This document shows positions 54,643-64,000 of a stretch of 64,000 nt of DNA, piece after piece. The stretch covers positions 365,592-429,591 of the forward strand of contig CBDCSV010000001.1 of NCBI GenBank assembly GCA_965221855.1, written 5' to 3'. The position numbers were made by a program, and so were the translations under genes. This stretch comes from Rhodospirillales bacterium (GTDB taxonomy: Bacteria > Pseudomonadota > Alphaproteobacteria > Rhodospirillales > UBA2165). Position 1 is the first letter of the stretch. Each line of letters opens with the position of its first letter. A model generated the notes under the pieces. That model was not told the origin of the DNA and did no database searches. It saw nothing but the letters and a program-made list of their open reading frames with translations.

Positions 54643-56019
54643 TCAGAGCGGTTTGCCCAAATCCTCGAAATACTGGCGCGTGACCTTGAACACCATCGGC
54701 GCGAGCAACAGCAGGCCGATCAGGTTGGGCACCGCCATCAGCCCGTTGAGCGTGTCGGCCAGGTTCCACACCAGGTCCACCTTCACATTGGCGAAGGCGA
54801 GAGCCGCCAGCACCCACAGCGCGCGGTAGATCACGAGGCTCCGTTCCTTGAACAGGTACTGCCAACACCGCTCGCCGTAATAGGACCAGCCGAGGATGGT
54901 GGTGAAGGCGAACACCGCCAGCGCGATGGTGACGATGTACTGCCCGCCCGCCATCGAGGTCTCGAAGCCGGTCGAGGTCAGCACCGCCCCGGTCAGCCCG
55001 CCGCCGTCCGAGCCGGTCATGACCCAGGCGCCCGAGGTCAGGATCACCAGCGCGGTCATCGTGCACACCACGATGGTGTCGATGAAGGTGCCCAGCATGG
55101 CGATGATGCCCTGCCGTACCGGGCTGTTGGTCTGCGCCGCGGCATGGGCGATGGCGGCCGAGCCAAGCCCCGATTCGTTCGAGAACACGCCGCGCGCGAT
55201 GCCGAAGCGGATCGCCGCCGCCACCGCCGCCCCGGCAAAGCCGCCGGTCGTCGCCGCCGGCGTGAAGGCGTGGGTGAAGATCAGCCCGATCGCGCCGGGG
55301 ATCGCCGTCACGTTGATCGCGAGGATCACCAGCGCCGCGCCGAGATAAAGCACGATCATCGCCGGCACCAGCTTTCCGGCCACATCGCCGATGCGCCGGA
55401 TGCCGCCGATCACGACGACGCCGACCAGCGCCGCGACGACCACCCCGGTGGACCATTCCGGTATGCCGAAGCTGTTGTCGAGCGCGGCGGCCATCGAGTT
55501 GACCTGGACCGCGTTGCCGATGCCGAAGGCCGCCACGGCGCCGAAAATCGCGAACGCCAGCCCCAGCCACTTGCCGAGTTCGGGCGCGAACTCGCCGACG
55601 CCGTTGCGCAGATAGTACATCGGCCCGCCGACATACTTGCCGTTCGCGTCGACCTCGCGATAGGTGACCGCGCACACCGCCTCGGCGTATTTCGTGGCCA
55701 TGCCGAACAGCGCGATCAGCCACATGTAGAAGATGGCGCCCGGGCCGCCAAGCGCGATGGCGGTAGCGACGCCGGCGATGTTTCCGGTGCCCACCGTGGC
55801 GGACAGTGCCGTCATCAGCGCGTTGAAGGGTTTGACCTCGCCCTCGCCCGTCGCGCCGTCCTTGTCGAACAGCAGGCGGAACCCGTACCCCACCTTGCGC
55901 CACGGCATGAACATGAGGCCGAGGGTGAGCAGCACGCCCGTCACCCCCAGAATGCCGAGCATGGGCGGGCCCCACGCGAACGCGTTAATCTCGTTGATGA
56001 TTGTGTTTAACCGGTCCAT
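54643..56019 (-). CDS. Alanine/glycine:cation symporter (AGCS family)
   Basis: 458-aa ORF. FNALMTALSATVGTGNIAGVATAIALGGPGAIFYMW is the hallmark AGCS N-terminal motif. Confidence 0.88.
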   Translation of the reverse strand: MDRLNTIINEINAFAWGPPMLGILGVTGVLLTLGLMFMPWRKVGYGFRLLFDKDGATGEGEVKPFNALMTALSATVGTGNIAGVATAIALGGPGAIFYMWLIALFGMATKYAEAVCAVTYREVDANGKYVGGPMYYLRNGVGEFAPELGKWLGLAFAIFGAVAAFGIGNAVQVNSMAAALDNSFGIPEWSTGVVVAALVGVVVIGGIRRIGDVAGKLVPAMIVLYLGAALVILAINVTAIPGAIGLIFTHAFTPAATTGGFAGAAVAAAIRFGIARGVFSNESGLGSAAIAHAAAQTNSPVRQGIIAMLGTFIDTIVVCTMTALVILTSGAWVMTGSDGGGLTGAVLTSTGFETSMAGGQYIVTIALAVFAFTTILGWSYYGERCWQYLFKERSLVIYRALWVLAALAFANVKVDLVWNLADTLNGLMAVPNLIGLLLLAPMVFKVTRQYFEDLGKPL

Positions 56020-56122
56020 CCCATCCCCCGTCGTTTCCCTGCTACAGTCGAACGCCGCGTCGGCGCACTATTCCGGTCTACCGCGCCCGTGGGGACTCCT
56101 CCACCTGGAAGGCTAGAGCGTT

Positions 56123-56794
56123 TCATATTTTGACGGAAGCGTATCCTGCGTTTTTGAAGTAGTTGGCGCATTGCTGTGGCTCGATGGTGTCGATGAGGCT
56201 CCCGAGATGGCGCCATAAGTCGTCGATCTCCCGCTTCTGGGCGTTTCTCATCCAGTGCTTGATTTGGGCAAAGGTCTGCTCGATGGGATTGAGGTCGGGG
56301 GAATATTTGGGCAGGAGCCACAGCTTGGCTCCGGCGGCACGGATGGCGTTTCGCACGGCTTTTGACTTGTGGCTGCCGAGATTGTCCATGATGACGATGT
56401 CGCCGGGCACCAGGGTCGGCACGAGCAGCTGCTCGACGTAGGCGCGGAAGCACACGCCATTGATGGGGCCGTCGAAGACGCAGGGCGCGGTGAACCGGTC
56501 GCAGCGCAGCGCGCCGATGAAGGTCAGGGTGTGCCACCGCCCATGGGGGGCAAAGCCGCGGACCCGCTCCCCTTTCGGCCCCCAGCCGCGCAGCGGGGCC
56601 ATATTGGTCCGGATCCAGGTTTCATCAATGAATACCAGCCGTTCGGGATCAAGCTTTGCCTGCCACGCCTTCCAGCGCCTGCGATGGCGGGCGATGTCCG
56701 CGCGCGCCCGTTCAACGGCGAACAGGGTTTTTTTTAAAGCGCAGCCCTTCACGGCGCAGAAACAGCCATACCGTGCTGTGGGATACCCTGACAC
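56123..56794 (-). CDS. IS630-family transposase orfB (copy 2)
   Basis: Identical to 33586..34257. The A8 run is at the complement of 56728-56735. Confidence 0.85.
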   Translation of the reverse strand: MSGYPTARYGCFCAVKGCALKKTLFAVERARADIARHRRRWKAWQAKLDPERLVFIDETWIRTNMAPLRGWGPKGERVRGFAPHGRWHTLTFIGALRCDRFTAPCVFDGPINGVCFRAYVEQLLVPTLVPGDIVIMDNLGSHKSKAVRNAIRAAGAKLWLLPKYSPDLNPIEQTFAQIKHWMRNAQKREIDDLWRHLGSLIDTIEPQQCANYFKNAGYASVKI

Positions 56795-57071
56795 CCCGAG
56801 CGGCCAACTCGTCTCTCAACCGATGCAGCGTCAGATGCGGCTCCTGGTCGATCCGGCCGACAATGAACTCCCGATGGGGCTCAAGAACCCGGCGGCGGTG
56901 ACCGCCCATCTTGCCGGGCGCAACACTCCCCGTCCGCCGGTAGCGCTGCGACCACTTAACCACGCTCGAAACCGCAACCCCAAACCGAGCCGCTACAGCG
57001 CGGCAACTCTCCCCCGCCAAAACCGCCAAAACAACACGCTCTCGCAAATCAATCGAATAAGGTCTCGCCAT
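56712..57071 (-). CDS. IS630-family transposase orfA (copy 2)
   Basis: Identical to 34175..34534. Confidence 0.85.
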   Translation of the reverse strand: MARPYSIDLRERVVLAVLAGESCRAVAARFGVAVSSVVKWSQRYRRTGSVAPGKMGGHRRRVLEPHREFIVGRIDQEPHLTLHRLRDELAARGVRVSHSTVWLFLRREGLRFKKNPVRR

Positions 57072-57285
57072 GAATGCTGGCCTCCTTGCCCAGCATCCAT
57101 CTTGAATCATGGTTCGCCCATACTTGGGAATCCCTAAAATGATTCAATCAATCTCAAATACGCTCTAGCCGCAATCCGGATCGATGTCCATAAATCTCCG
57201 CGCGCCGCCGTTCGCGGCCCTTATGGCCGCGGACGCGGCAGGTGACGACGGCGAGGGTTTTGACCAAGGCCGGCGCGGGTTCCGG

Positions 57286-58482
<1,197 letters not shown>

Positions 58483-58484
58483 GG

Positions 58485-58901
58485 CTACTCTCCTCCGGCG
58501 GGGATCACCGCCGTCGCCTCGATCTCGATCAGGGCTTCATCTTCCAACAGGGCGTCGACGAATACCAGCGCCATCGCCGGGTAGTGATCGCCCATCAAGT
58601 CCCGCCAAATGGGACCGAGCGCCTTGCGCGCGGCCAGGTAGGCGGGCTTGTCGGTGCAGTAGGCGGTCATCCGGCAGATATGCTCGGGTCCTCCGCCGGC
58701 TTCCGCCAGCACCGCCAGAATGTTCCTGACCGCCTGGCCGAACTGTTCGGCCAGGTCGCGGGTTTCGAACTTCTCCTCCGCCGTCCAGCCGACCATGCCG
58801 GCGATGAACACAGGCCGGCCGTTCGCCGGTCCGGCGATGCCGTTGGCGTAGCCGACCGGCTGTTTCCAGCCGTCGGGCAACAATTGTTCAAATTCGCTCA
58901 T
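58485..58901 (-). CDS. RidA/YjgF/TdcF family protein
   Basis: 138-aa [11 protein letters not shown]...[10 protein letters not shown]...[10 protein letters not shown], the C-terminal signature of the family. Confidence 0.75.
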   Translation of the reverse strand: MSEFEQLLPDGWKQPVGYANGIAGPANGRPVFIAGMVGWTAEEKFETRDLAEQFGQAVRNILAVLAEAGGGPEHICRMTAYCTDKPAYLAARKALGPIWRDLMGDHYPAMALVFVDALLEDEALIEIEATAVIPAGGE

Positions 58902-59174
58902 GGTGCCCTTCGGGCCTAAAGAGGCAGAAAAACTAGTCTCTTCGGCGGAATGGGTAAAGCGTGAGCTTCAGTTCTCGATTTTCTCAATCGATCTTTGACG
59001 GTTATCCGGGGCGCCTTCTATATCAGTCGAATGTATTTTCGTCTTCCTTGAGAAAAATTAAGTGGATTAAATGAAAATGAATCAATCAGTTACGATAATC
59101 TTCCAAGATTTTTTTTATGTATATTTGTCAGAAAAATAATATTATTATCTAACAAATATAAGGAAGGAAACATC

Positions 59175-59807
59175 GTGCGTTCCACCGTTACCGATAGGAT
59201 TCTTCGCCGGATTCGCGGCAAGGGCCGCGGGTGGGTCTTCATTCCAAAAGACTTTTTGGATTTCGGCAGCCGCGCGGCCGTGGATCAGGCTTTGTCGCGC
59301 CTTGTTCGTGCAGGCAGGATTCGCCGAATTGCGCATGGGATATATGACTTCCCGAAGGTCAGTAAGCGTCTCGGCGTACTCTCCCCGCCCGATGTCGGCG
59401 TCGCTCGGGCGATTGCGAGGAAATCAAATAGCAATTTGTATGTATCCGATGCAGAGGCCGCCAACGCTCTTGGGTTGACGACCCAACTATCCGCAAAGCC
59501 CGTCTACCTTACGGATGGCCCGTCAAGGAAGTTGCAAATTGGCAATCGCCAATTCGTATTTCAACATACGAGAAGTGTCGGTTCCGGGTACAAGGATAAG
59601 TGGGTTCAATTTGCTCGACAGGCTTTGAATTTCGTTGGACGAGATGGTTTCGACGACCAGGTGGCTGACAGAATTCTGCGGATTGCCGACTCTCGGCAGG
59701 CGACGGATCTCTTGCTCAAAAATGTTCCATCGTGGGCTCAGAAAAAGTTCCTTGATCGGCTGAACGCCCGGGACTCGGCTCCAACCGAAGGCGCGGCAAG
59801 TGGATGA
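59175..59807 (+). CDS. AbiEi-type (type IV TA) antitoxin-like protein, winged-helix N-terminus
   Basis: GTG start after AAGGAAGGAAA. ...FLDFGSRAAVDQALSRLVRAGRIRRIAHGIYDFPK... is typical of antitoxins paired with AbiEii nucleotidyltransferases. Visibly lower GC. Confidence 0.65.
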   Translation: MRSTVTDRILRRIRGKGRGWVFIPKDFLDFGSRAAVDQALSRLVRAGRIRRIAHGIYDFPKVSKRLGVLSPPDVGVARAIARKSNSNLYVSDAEAANALGLTTQLSAKPVYLTDGPSRKLQIGNRQFVFQHTRSVGSGYKDKWVQFARQALNFVGRDGFDDQVADRILRIADSRQATDLLLKNVPSWAQKKFLDRLNARDSAPTEGAASG

Positions 59808-60822
59808 GGTCGCGGGGTGGTCCCCGGATGATCGCCGCGATCTATTCAGCGAGGTTTCGGCGGCAAGAAACCTGAGAGCCGAAATCATCGAAAAAGATTT
59901 CTGGGTGTGTTGGGTGCTTAGACGGCTATTCACCGATCTCGATCCCGGCATACCCCTTATCTTCAAGGGTGGAACTTCCCTTTCGAAGGTCTACGACGCG
60001 ATAAAACGATTTTCGGAAGATATCGATCTCTCGATAGATCGGAGCCATTTCGGTTTTTCGGAGAAAATGGACCCGATGAATGAAGATCTTTCCGGCAAGG
60101 AGCGAGCGCGTCTACTGAATCAAATTGTCGCCACGTTGAATGAACACGTGGAGAAGGTATTGGTGCCCAAACTCCAGGGAATCATGGCTGGGCTTCTGGG
60201 TGAAGATGGCTGGGCGCTGAAGTTATCTGAATTTGATCCGGCGACGATACTCTTTCACTACCCCATAGCGACGAATTCGGTTGACGAATCAAATTACCTT
60301 CAGCCGGCGGTGCGTCTGGAGTTCGGGGCGCGTGGCGAAACCTGGCCGTCGGATAAGCGCTCGGTCACACCTTATGCGGCGGAAGCGTTCCCGGACCAAT
60401 TCGAGAAGCCCGATACGCCGGTCACGGTCCTGAGCGCCGAACGGACCTTCTGGGAGAAGGCGACCATCCTGCACGCGGAATTTCATCGGCCCGAGGCCAA
60501 GGCCGATGCCGACCGGCAATCAAGGCATTACTACGATCTGGTCATGCTGGCGGCGACTGCCATCAAAACCGAGGCGTTGGAGAACATCGATTTGCTGTCC
60601 GCGGTCGCCGAACACAAGCAGGTATTCTTCCGGTCGGGATGGGCCAACTATGAAGCGGCCCGGCGCGGATCATTGCATTTGGCGCCCCACGACGACCTGC
60701 GAATCCTGCTTGAGCGGGACTACAAGACGATGATCGACAATGGGATATTTTTCGACGACCCGCCGGAATTCGGCGAACTCATAACCCGGCTCACGAGTCT
60801 CGAGGACGAAATAAACGCCTAA
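59800..60822 (+). CDS. Nucleotidyltransferase AbiEii/AbiGii toxin family protein (DUF1814)
   Basis: GTG start overlaps the antitoxin gene by 8 nt. IEKDFWVCWVLRRLF...LIFKGGTSLSKVY..IKRFSEDIDLSI is the NTase G-G-T-S...D-I-D motif of this family. Confidence 0.75.
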   Translation: MDEVAGWSPDDRRDLFSEVSAARNLRAEIIEKDFWVCWVLRRLFTDLDPGIPLIFKGGTSLSKVYDAIKRFSEDIDLSIDRSHFGFSEKMDPMNEDLSGKERARLLNQIVATLNEHVEKVLVPKLQGIMAGLLGEDGWALKLSEFDPATILFHYPIATNSVDESNYLQPAVRLEFGARGETWPSDKRSVTPYAAEAFPDQFEKPDTPVTVLSAERTFWEKATILHAEFHRPEAKADADRQSRHYYDLVMLAATAIKTEALENIDLLSAVAEHKQVFFRSGWANYEAARRGSLHLAPHDDLRILLERDYKTMIDNGIFFDDPPEFGELITRLTSLEDEINA

Positions 60823-60840
60823 CGAAACGGCGAGCGGTGC

Positions 60841-61815
60841 TCAGCCGGCCAATTCCTCCGTCAGACGGCGGGCCAGGGCGCCGACGACACGGCGGCGGTA
60901 CCAGGGCGCGACCGTCGTGGTCCGCATGGGCTTGGCCTGCTTGCGGACCAGTTCACGGATTTCATCGAGCGCCTCGCCGGTGAGTTCCCTGCCCACATAG
61001 GCGTCCGTGCCCTTGACGATCTGCGGGTAGGGGTTCACCGCGGTGAGCGCGACGACGAAGTCCTTCACCGTCTTTCCGTCCATCTCCAGCCGGACGGCGG
61101 CGCCGGCCAGCGGAAAATCGATGGAGCCGCGGACCCGGGCCTTTTCGTACCTGGAGGGCGATCCGGCCAACGCCTTCGGCAGGTGGACCGCTGTCAGCAT
61201 GTCGCCGGCCTCGAGGGTCAGGTGCGCCATGCCGTCATTGCGGTAGAGACCGGTGAGCGGCATCCGCCGCCGCCCGTTGGGGCCCGCCACATCGATTTCG
61301 GCTTCGTAGACCAGCATGGAGGGCGCCACGTCGCCCGAGAACGCCGCGAAGCAACGCTTGCCGCCGGGCGCCACATGGCAGGTATCGCCCCGCTCCTTGA
61401 GGCAATAGTCGTTGGACTGCCGCCACCATTCGGACTGGTTATAGAACAGGCATCTGGTGTCGAGGCAGAGATTGCCGCCGACGGTGCCGTACTCCTGGTG
61501 GGTCGGTCCCGCCACGGCCCGGGCGGCGTCCGCGACCGCCGGGTAATCGCGGAGCACGTCCTCGCTGGATTGAAGTTCCTTCAACGAGACACCGGCGCCG
61601 ATGTGCAGGCCGTCGCCGTCCGGGAGGATGGATTTCAGCTCCTCGATGGCGGTGATGTCGATCAGGTGCTTGGGCTGCTCGATGCCGCGCCGGACGTTGA
61701 CGATCATGTCGGTGCCGCCGGCGACGAACAGGGCATCCGATTCCTCGGCGCGCAGCTTGACCGCGTCCTCGATATTGTCGGGGCGGTGGAGCTTGAAGTC
61801 GGGCATGTATTCCAT
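60841..61815 (-). CDS. hcrB: FAD-binding subunit of a xanthine-dehydrogenase-family molybdoenzyme with Cys-rich insertion (4-hydroxybenzoyl-CoA reductase beta-like)
   Basis: Start trimmed to MEYMPDFKLHRP. FAD motif FVAGGTDMIVN. Insertion NLCLDTRCLFYNQSEWWRQSNDYCLKERGDTCHVAPGGKRCFAAFSGD has five Cys, as in the [4Fe-4S] loop I recall for HcrB. Confidence 0.6.
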   Translation of the reverse strand: MEYMPDFKLHRPDNIEDAVKLRAEESDALFVAGGTDMIVNVRRGIEQPKHLIDITAIEELKSILPDGDGLHIGAGVSLKELQSSEDVLRDYPAVADAARAVAGPTHQEYGTVGGNLCLDTRCLFYNQSEWWRQSNDYCLKERGDTCHVAPGGKRCFAAFSGDVAPSMLVYEAEIDVAGPNGRRRMPLTGLYRNDGMAHLTLEAGDMLTAVHLPKALAGSPSRYEKARVRGSIDFPLAGAAVRLEMDGKTVKDFVVALTAVNPYPQIVKGTDAYVGRELTGEALDEIRELVRKQAKPMRTTTVAPWYRRRVVGALARRLTEELAG

Positions 61816-61825
61816 CGGACTGCTC

Positions 61826-64000
61826 CTATTCCGCCGCCACGGACGAGTCTTGGGCGGCGGCGACCCGCTCCTCGGTTTCACGCGCCTCGATCAGCTCCAT
61901 CAGCCGGTCCGGCGTGACCGGGAGATCGATGGGCCGCACGCCCAAGGCGTCGGCGATGGCGTTGGTGTAGGCGGGGATGAACGCCGCGAGGGACGTTTCG
62001 CCCGCCTCCTTGGCGCCGTAGGGGCCGTTGGGGTCGACGCTTTCGACGATATGGGTGTCGATGGGCGGCGACTCGACGATGGACGGCACCCGGTAATCCA
62101 GCATATTGCCGGTGATCGGCAGCCCGTTGTGGAAGCGGGTGCCCTCGCAGAAGGCCTGTCCCATGCCCATCCAGACCGAACCCTGGATCTGGCCTTCGAC
62201 CGAGAGCGGATTGAGCGCCCGGCCGACATCCTGCGCGACCCAGACCTGTTCGACCTCGACCTCGGCCGTGTCCGGATCGACGGCGACCTGCACCACCTCG
62301 GCGGCATAGGCATAGGCCATGGAGCCGCCGATGGCGCCGCCCCGGAACTTCTTGGTGCCGTGACTTTCGGGGAGAGTGTCGAAGTTGCCCTTCACGGTGA
62401 TCGTGCCGGTGCCCTCGAGAGCCGCCATCACCACTTCCTCGAAGGTCAGGCCCTCGTCCTGACTGGCGGCCCGGTAGACCTCGCCCAGACACTCGATGTC
62501 TTCGGGCCTGGCGTCGAGCTTCCTCGCCGCCGCTTCGATCAGGATGGTCTTCAGGTTCTGCGCCGCCTCGATGGAGGCGTTGCCGACCATATAGGTGATC
62601 CGGGACGAATAGGCGCCGTTGTCCTTGGGCACCAGTTTGGAGTCGCCCGAATGGACCTGGAAGCGGGTCATGTCGAGCCCAAGCACCTCGGCGGCGCACT
62701 GGGCGACCATGGTCGATGAGCCTTGACCGATTTCCGGGGCGCCCGTCAGCACGGTAATGGACGCGTCCCAATCCAGTTTCAGGTGAACCGTGGCGTGGGG
62801 CTCGCCGGTCCAGTTGACCGGCTTGGAGGCGCCGCAGGGATAGTGGGCGCATCCGACGCCCAGGCCGCGATACTTGCCGTCCTCGCCCTTGCCCTGCTTG
62901 CCGCGCTTGTCCTTCCAGCCGGACTCCTTCTCGACGATATCGAGGGCTTCGGGCAGGCCGTACGAGTTGATGAACATCTCGTTCAAGGTTTCGTAGGGTT
63001 CCTTGAGCAGGTTCTTTCGCCGCACCTCGATGGGGTCGAGGCCGAGTTCGACGGAAAGCTCGTCCAAAATCGCTTCGAACCCGTAACGCACATCCACCGT
63101 TCCGTGGCCGCGCATGGCGCCGGGCGGCGGGGTGTTGGTCAGCACCCGGAGGCCGTTGTAGCGGACCGCATCCAACTGATAGATGCCGTTGATCAGCGAG
63201 CCCGCGTAGAGAATGGTCACGATGCCGTAGCCGCCATAGGCGCCGCCCCGCTGGATGGCCTGGCAGTCGACGGCGGTGATGGTGCCGTCCTTCTTCATTC
63301 CGACCTTCAGCTTGACGTCGGTCTCGGGCCGGCCGCGATGGGTGATGAAGGTCTCCTCGCGGTTGACCACCAGACGCACGGTGCCCTTGGCCTTGCGGGC
63401 GAGGAGGGCGCAGATCAGTTCCACGTTCAGGCACTCGGTCCGGCAGCCGAACCCGCCGCCGATATGGGGCTTGATCATCCGGATGCGGGACTGGTCCATC
63501 TTGAGGGTCTTGGCCAGCATCAGGTGGACGTAGAACGGCACCTGGGTGGAGGCGCGAACCGTCATGTAGTCCTGTTCGGCGTCGTACTCGGCGATCGCCG
63601 CATGGGGCTCGGACTGGACCTGGCAGATCTCCGCGCAATTGTACTCGCGCTCCAGGACGAGATCGGCGTCGGCAAATCCGCCATCCACGTCGCCGAGATC
63701 GTAATCCACGTCCCGTTCGATATTGCCTTCCCGGTGCTCGTGCAGCGAGATGGCGTCGGGGGCCATGGCTTCCTCGGAGGTGAAGTAGGCGGGGAGTTCC
63801 TCGTACTTGAACTCGATCAGGTCGAGGGCCTTCTGCGCGGTCTCGACATCCACCGCCGCCACGGCGGCAACGGGCTCGCCGCGGTAGCGCACCCGTTCCC
63901 GGGCCATGGGGTATTCGTAGCGGGCGATGGGGAGCACGCCGAACCCCTCGTCGCAGTCGTCGCCGGTGACCACGCCCAATACGCCCTCCAGCGCTTCGGC
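61826..64000 (-). CDS. hcrA: Molybdopterin-binding large subunit of the same enzyme (aldehyde oxidase/xanthine dehydrogenase family; HcrA-like), N-terminus off the right edge
   Basis: Open on the minus strand to position 64000 (...[15 protein letters not shown]...). [17 protein letters not shown] and YGAKEAGE motifs of the XDH/CODH large-subunit family. Stop lies 8 nt before the FAD-subunit start. Confidence 0.7.
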   Translation of the reverse strand, partial: AEALEGVLGVVTGDDCDEGFGVLPIARYEYPMARERVRYRGEPVAAVAAVDVETAQKALDLIEFKYEELPAYFTSEEAMAPDAISLHEHREGNIERDVDYDLGDVDGGFADADLVLEREYNCAEICQVQSEPHAAIAEYDAEQDYMTVRASTQVPFYVHLMLAKTLKMDQSRIRMIKPHIGGGFGCRTECLNVELICALLARKAKGTVRLVVNREETFITHRGRPETDVKLKVGMKKDGTITAVDCQAIQRGGAYGGYGIVTILYAGSLINGIYQLDAVRYNGLRVLTNTPPPGAMRGHGTVDVRYGFEAILDELSVELGLDPIEVRRKNLLKEPYETLNEMFINSYGLPEALDIVEKESGWKDKRGKQGKGEDGKYRGLGVGCAHYPCGASKPVNWTGEPHATVHLKLDWDASITVLTGAPEIGQGSSTMVAQCAAEVLGLDMTRFQVHSGDSKLVPKDNGAYSSRITYMVGNASIEAAQNLKTILIEAAARKLDARPEDIECLGEVYRAASQDEGLTFEEVVMAALEGTGTITVKGNFDTLPESHGTKKFRGGAIGGSMAYAYAAEVVQVAVDPDTAEVEVEQVWVAQDVGRALNPLSVEGQIQGSVWMGMGQAFCEGTRFHNGLPITGNMLDYRVPSIVESPPIDTHIVESVDPNGPYGAKEAGETSLAAFIPAYTNAIADALGVRPIDLPVTPDRLMELIEARETEERVAAAQDSSVAAE

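Larger units (their letters stand above)
56111..57170 (-). mobile_element. IS630-family insertion sequence, copy 2 (identical to 33574-34633, same orientation)
   Basis: Same 1060-bp unit offset by exactly 22537 bp. All track ORFs are duplicated with identical translations. Again embedded in GGC-TA...TA-GCC. Confidence 0.9.

Noticed and set aside
54484-56010. 508-aa plus-strand and 461-aa minus-strand alternative-frame ORFs over the symporter locus
   Set aside because: The frame 54643..56019(-) carries the hallmark AGCS motif and regular TM helices. The others are R/G/D-rich shadows.
56020-56110. Possible glycine riboswitch (or a remnant truncated by the IS) upstream of the alanine/glycine symporter
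   Set aside because: AGCS genes are often glycine-riboswitch controlled. The leader shows loose resemblances in the right order (GGAGGAG, CGCCGA, CAGGGAAACGAC). However, the invariant CCGAAGG(G/A)GCAA core is absent (CGCCGACGCGGCG instead), and only 91 nt remain between the IS end and the ATG. This would need cmsearch with RF00504 to revisit.
34634-56110. Calling the IS-bracketed block a horizontally acquired genomic island
   Set aside because: There is no visible GC or codon shift relative to the flanks. The block contains housekeeping genes (nadC, degP) and no integrase, tRNA or att repeats. TA duplications are uninformative for IS630. It is kept only as a recombination or composite-element hypothesis.

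Overview
High-GC chromosomal segment, roughly mid-60s % by eye, with gene content that looks alphaproteobacterial (Rhodospirillales-like; inference only, no search was possible). I support about 60 protein-coding genes, no rRNA or tRNA, and no CRISPR array. In order the window holds: a cytoplasmic molybdopterin oxidoreductase; gmhB-like, ilvD and 2-hydroxyacid dehydrogenase genes separated by three copies of a hairpin-rich REP/MITE-like repeat; and a Fur-box-preceded Fe(III) ABC importer. The most unusual locus is 14019-23607. It is a translationally coupled operon of four glycosyltransferases (two paralogous GT-B enzymes and two GT4) plus a histidine phosphatase. It ends in a 1232-aa fusion: ABC exporter membrane domain, a degenerate nucleotide-binding domain (NBD) carrying a ~320-aa internally repeated insertion, a cyclic-nucleotide-binding domain, and a degenerate GGDEF-like domain. 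A small membrane protein follows. After that come a yejFABE-like peptide ABC importer, two methyltransferases and fhs. Two identical 1060-bp IS630-family copies in direct orientation (33574-34633 and 56111-57170) bracket a 21.5-kb block. That block holds nadC, degP plus a two-component system, many small redox/stress genes, a peroxiredoxin-like gene with an in-frame TGA exactly at the catalytic Cys (candidate selenoprotein), and a promoter-plus-terminator-delimited sRNA candidate in an AT-rich, A-tract-phased spacer. The right end has gcdH, ridA, a low-GC AbiEi/AbiEii toxin-antitoxin islet, and 4-hydroxybenzoyl-CoA-reductase-like Mo/FAD subunits that run off the window. All family calls rest on motif recognition in the translated ORFs and none was confirmed by a search.
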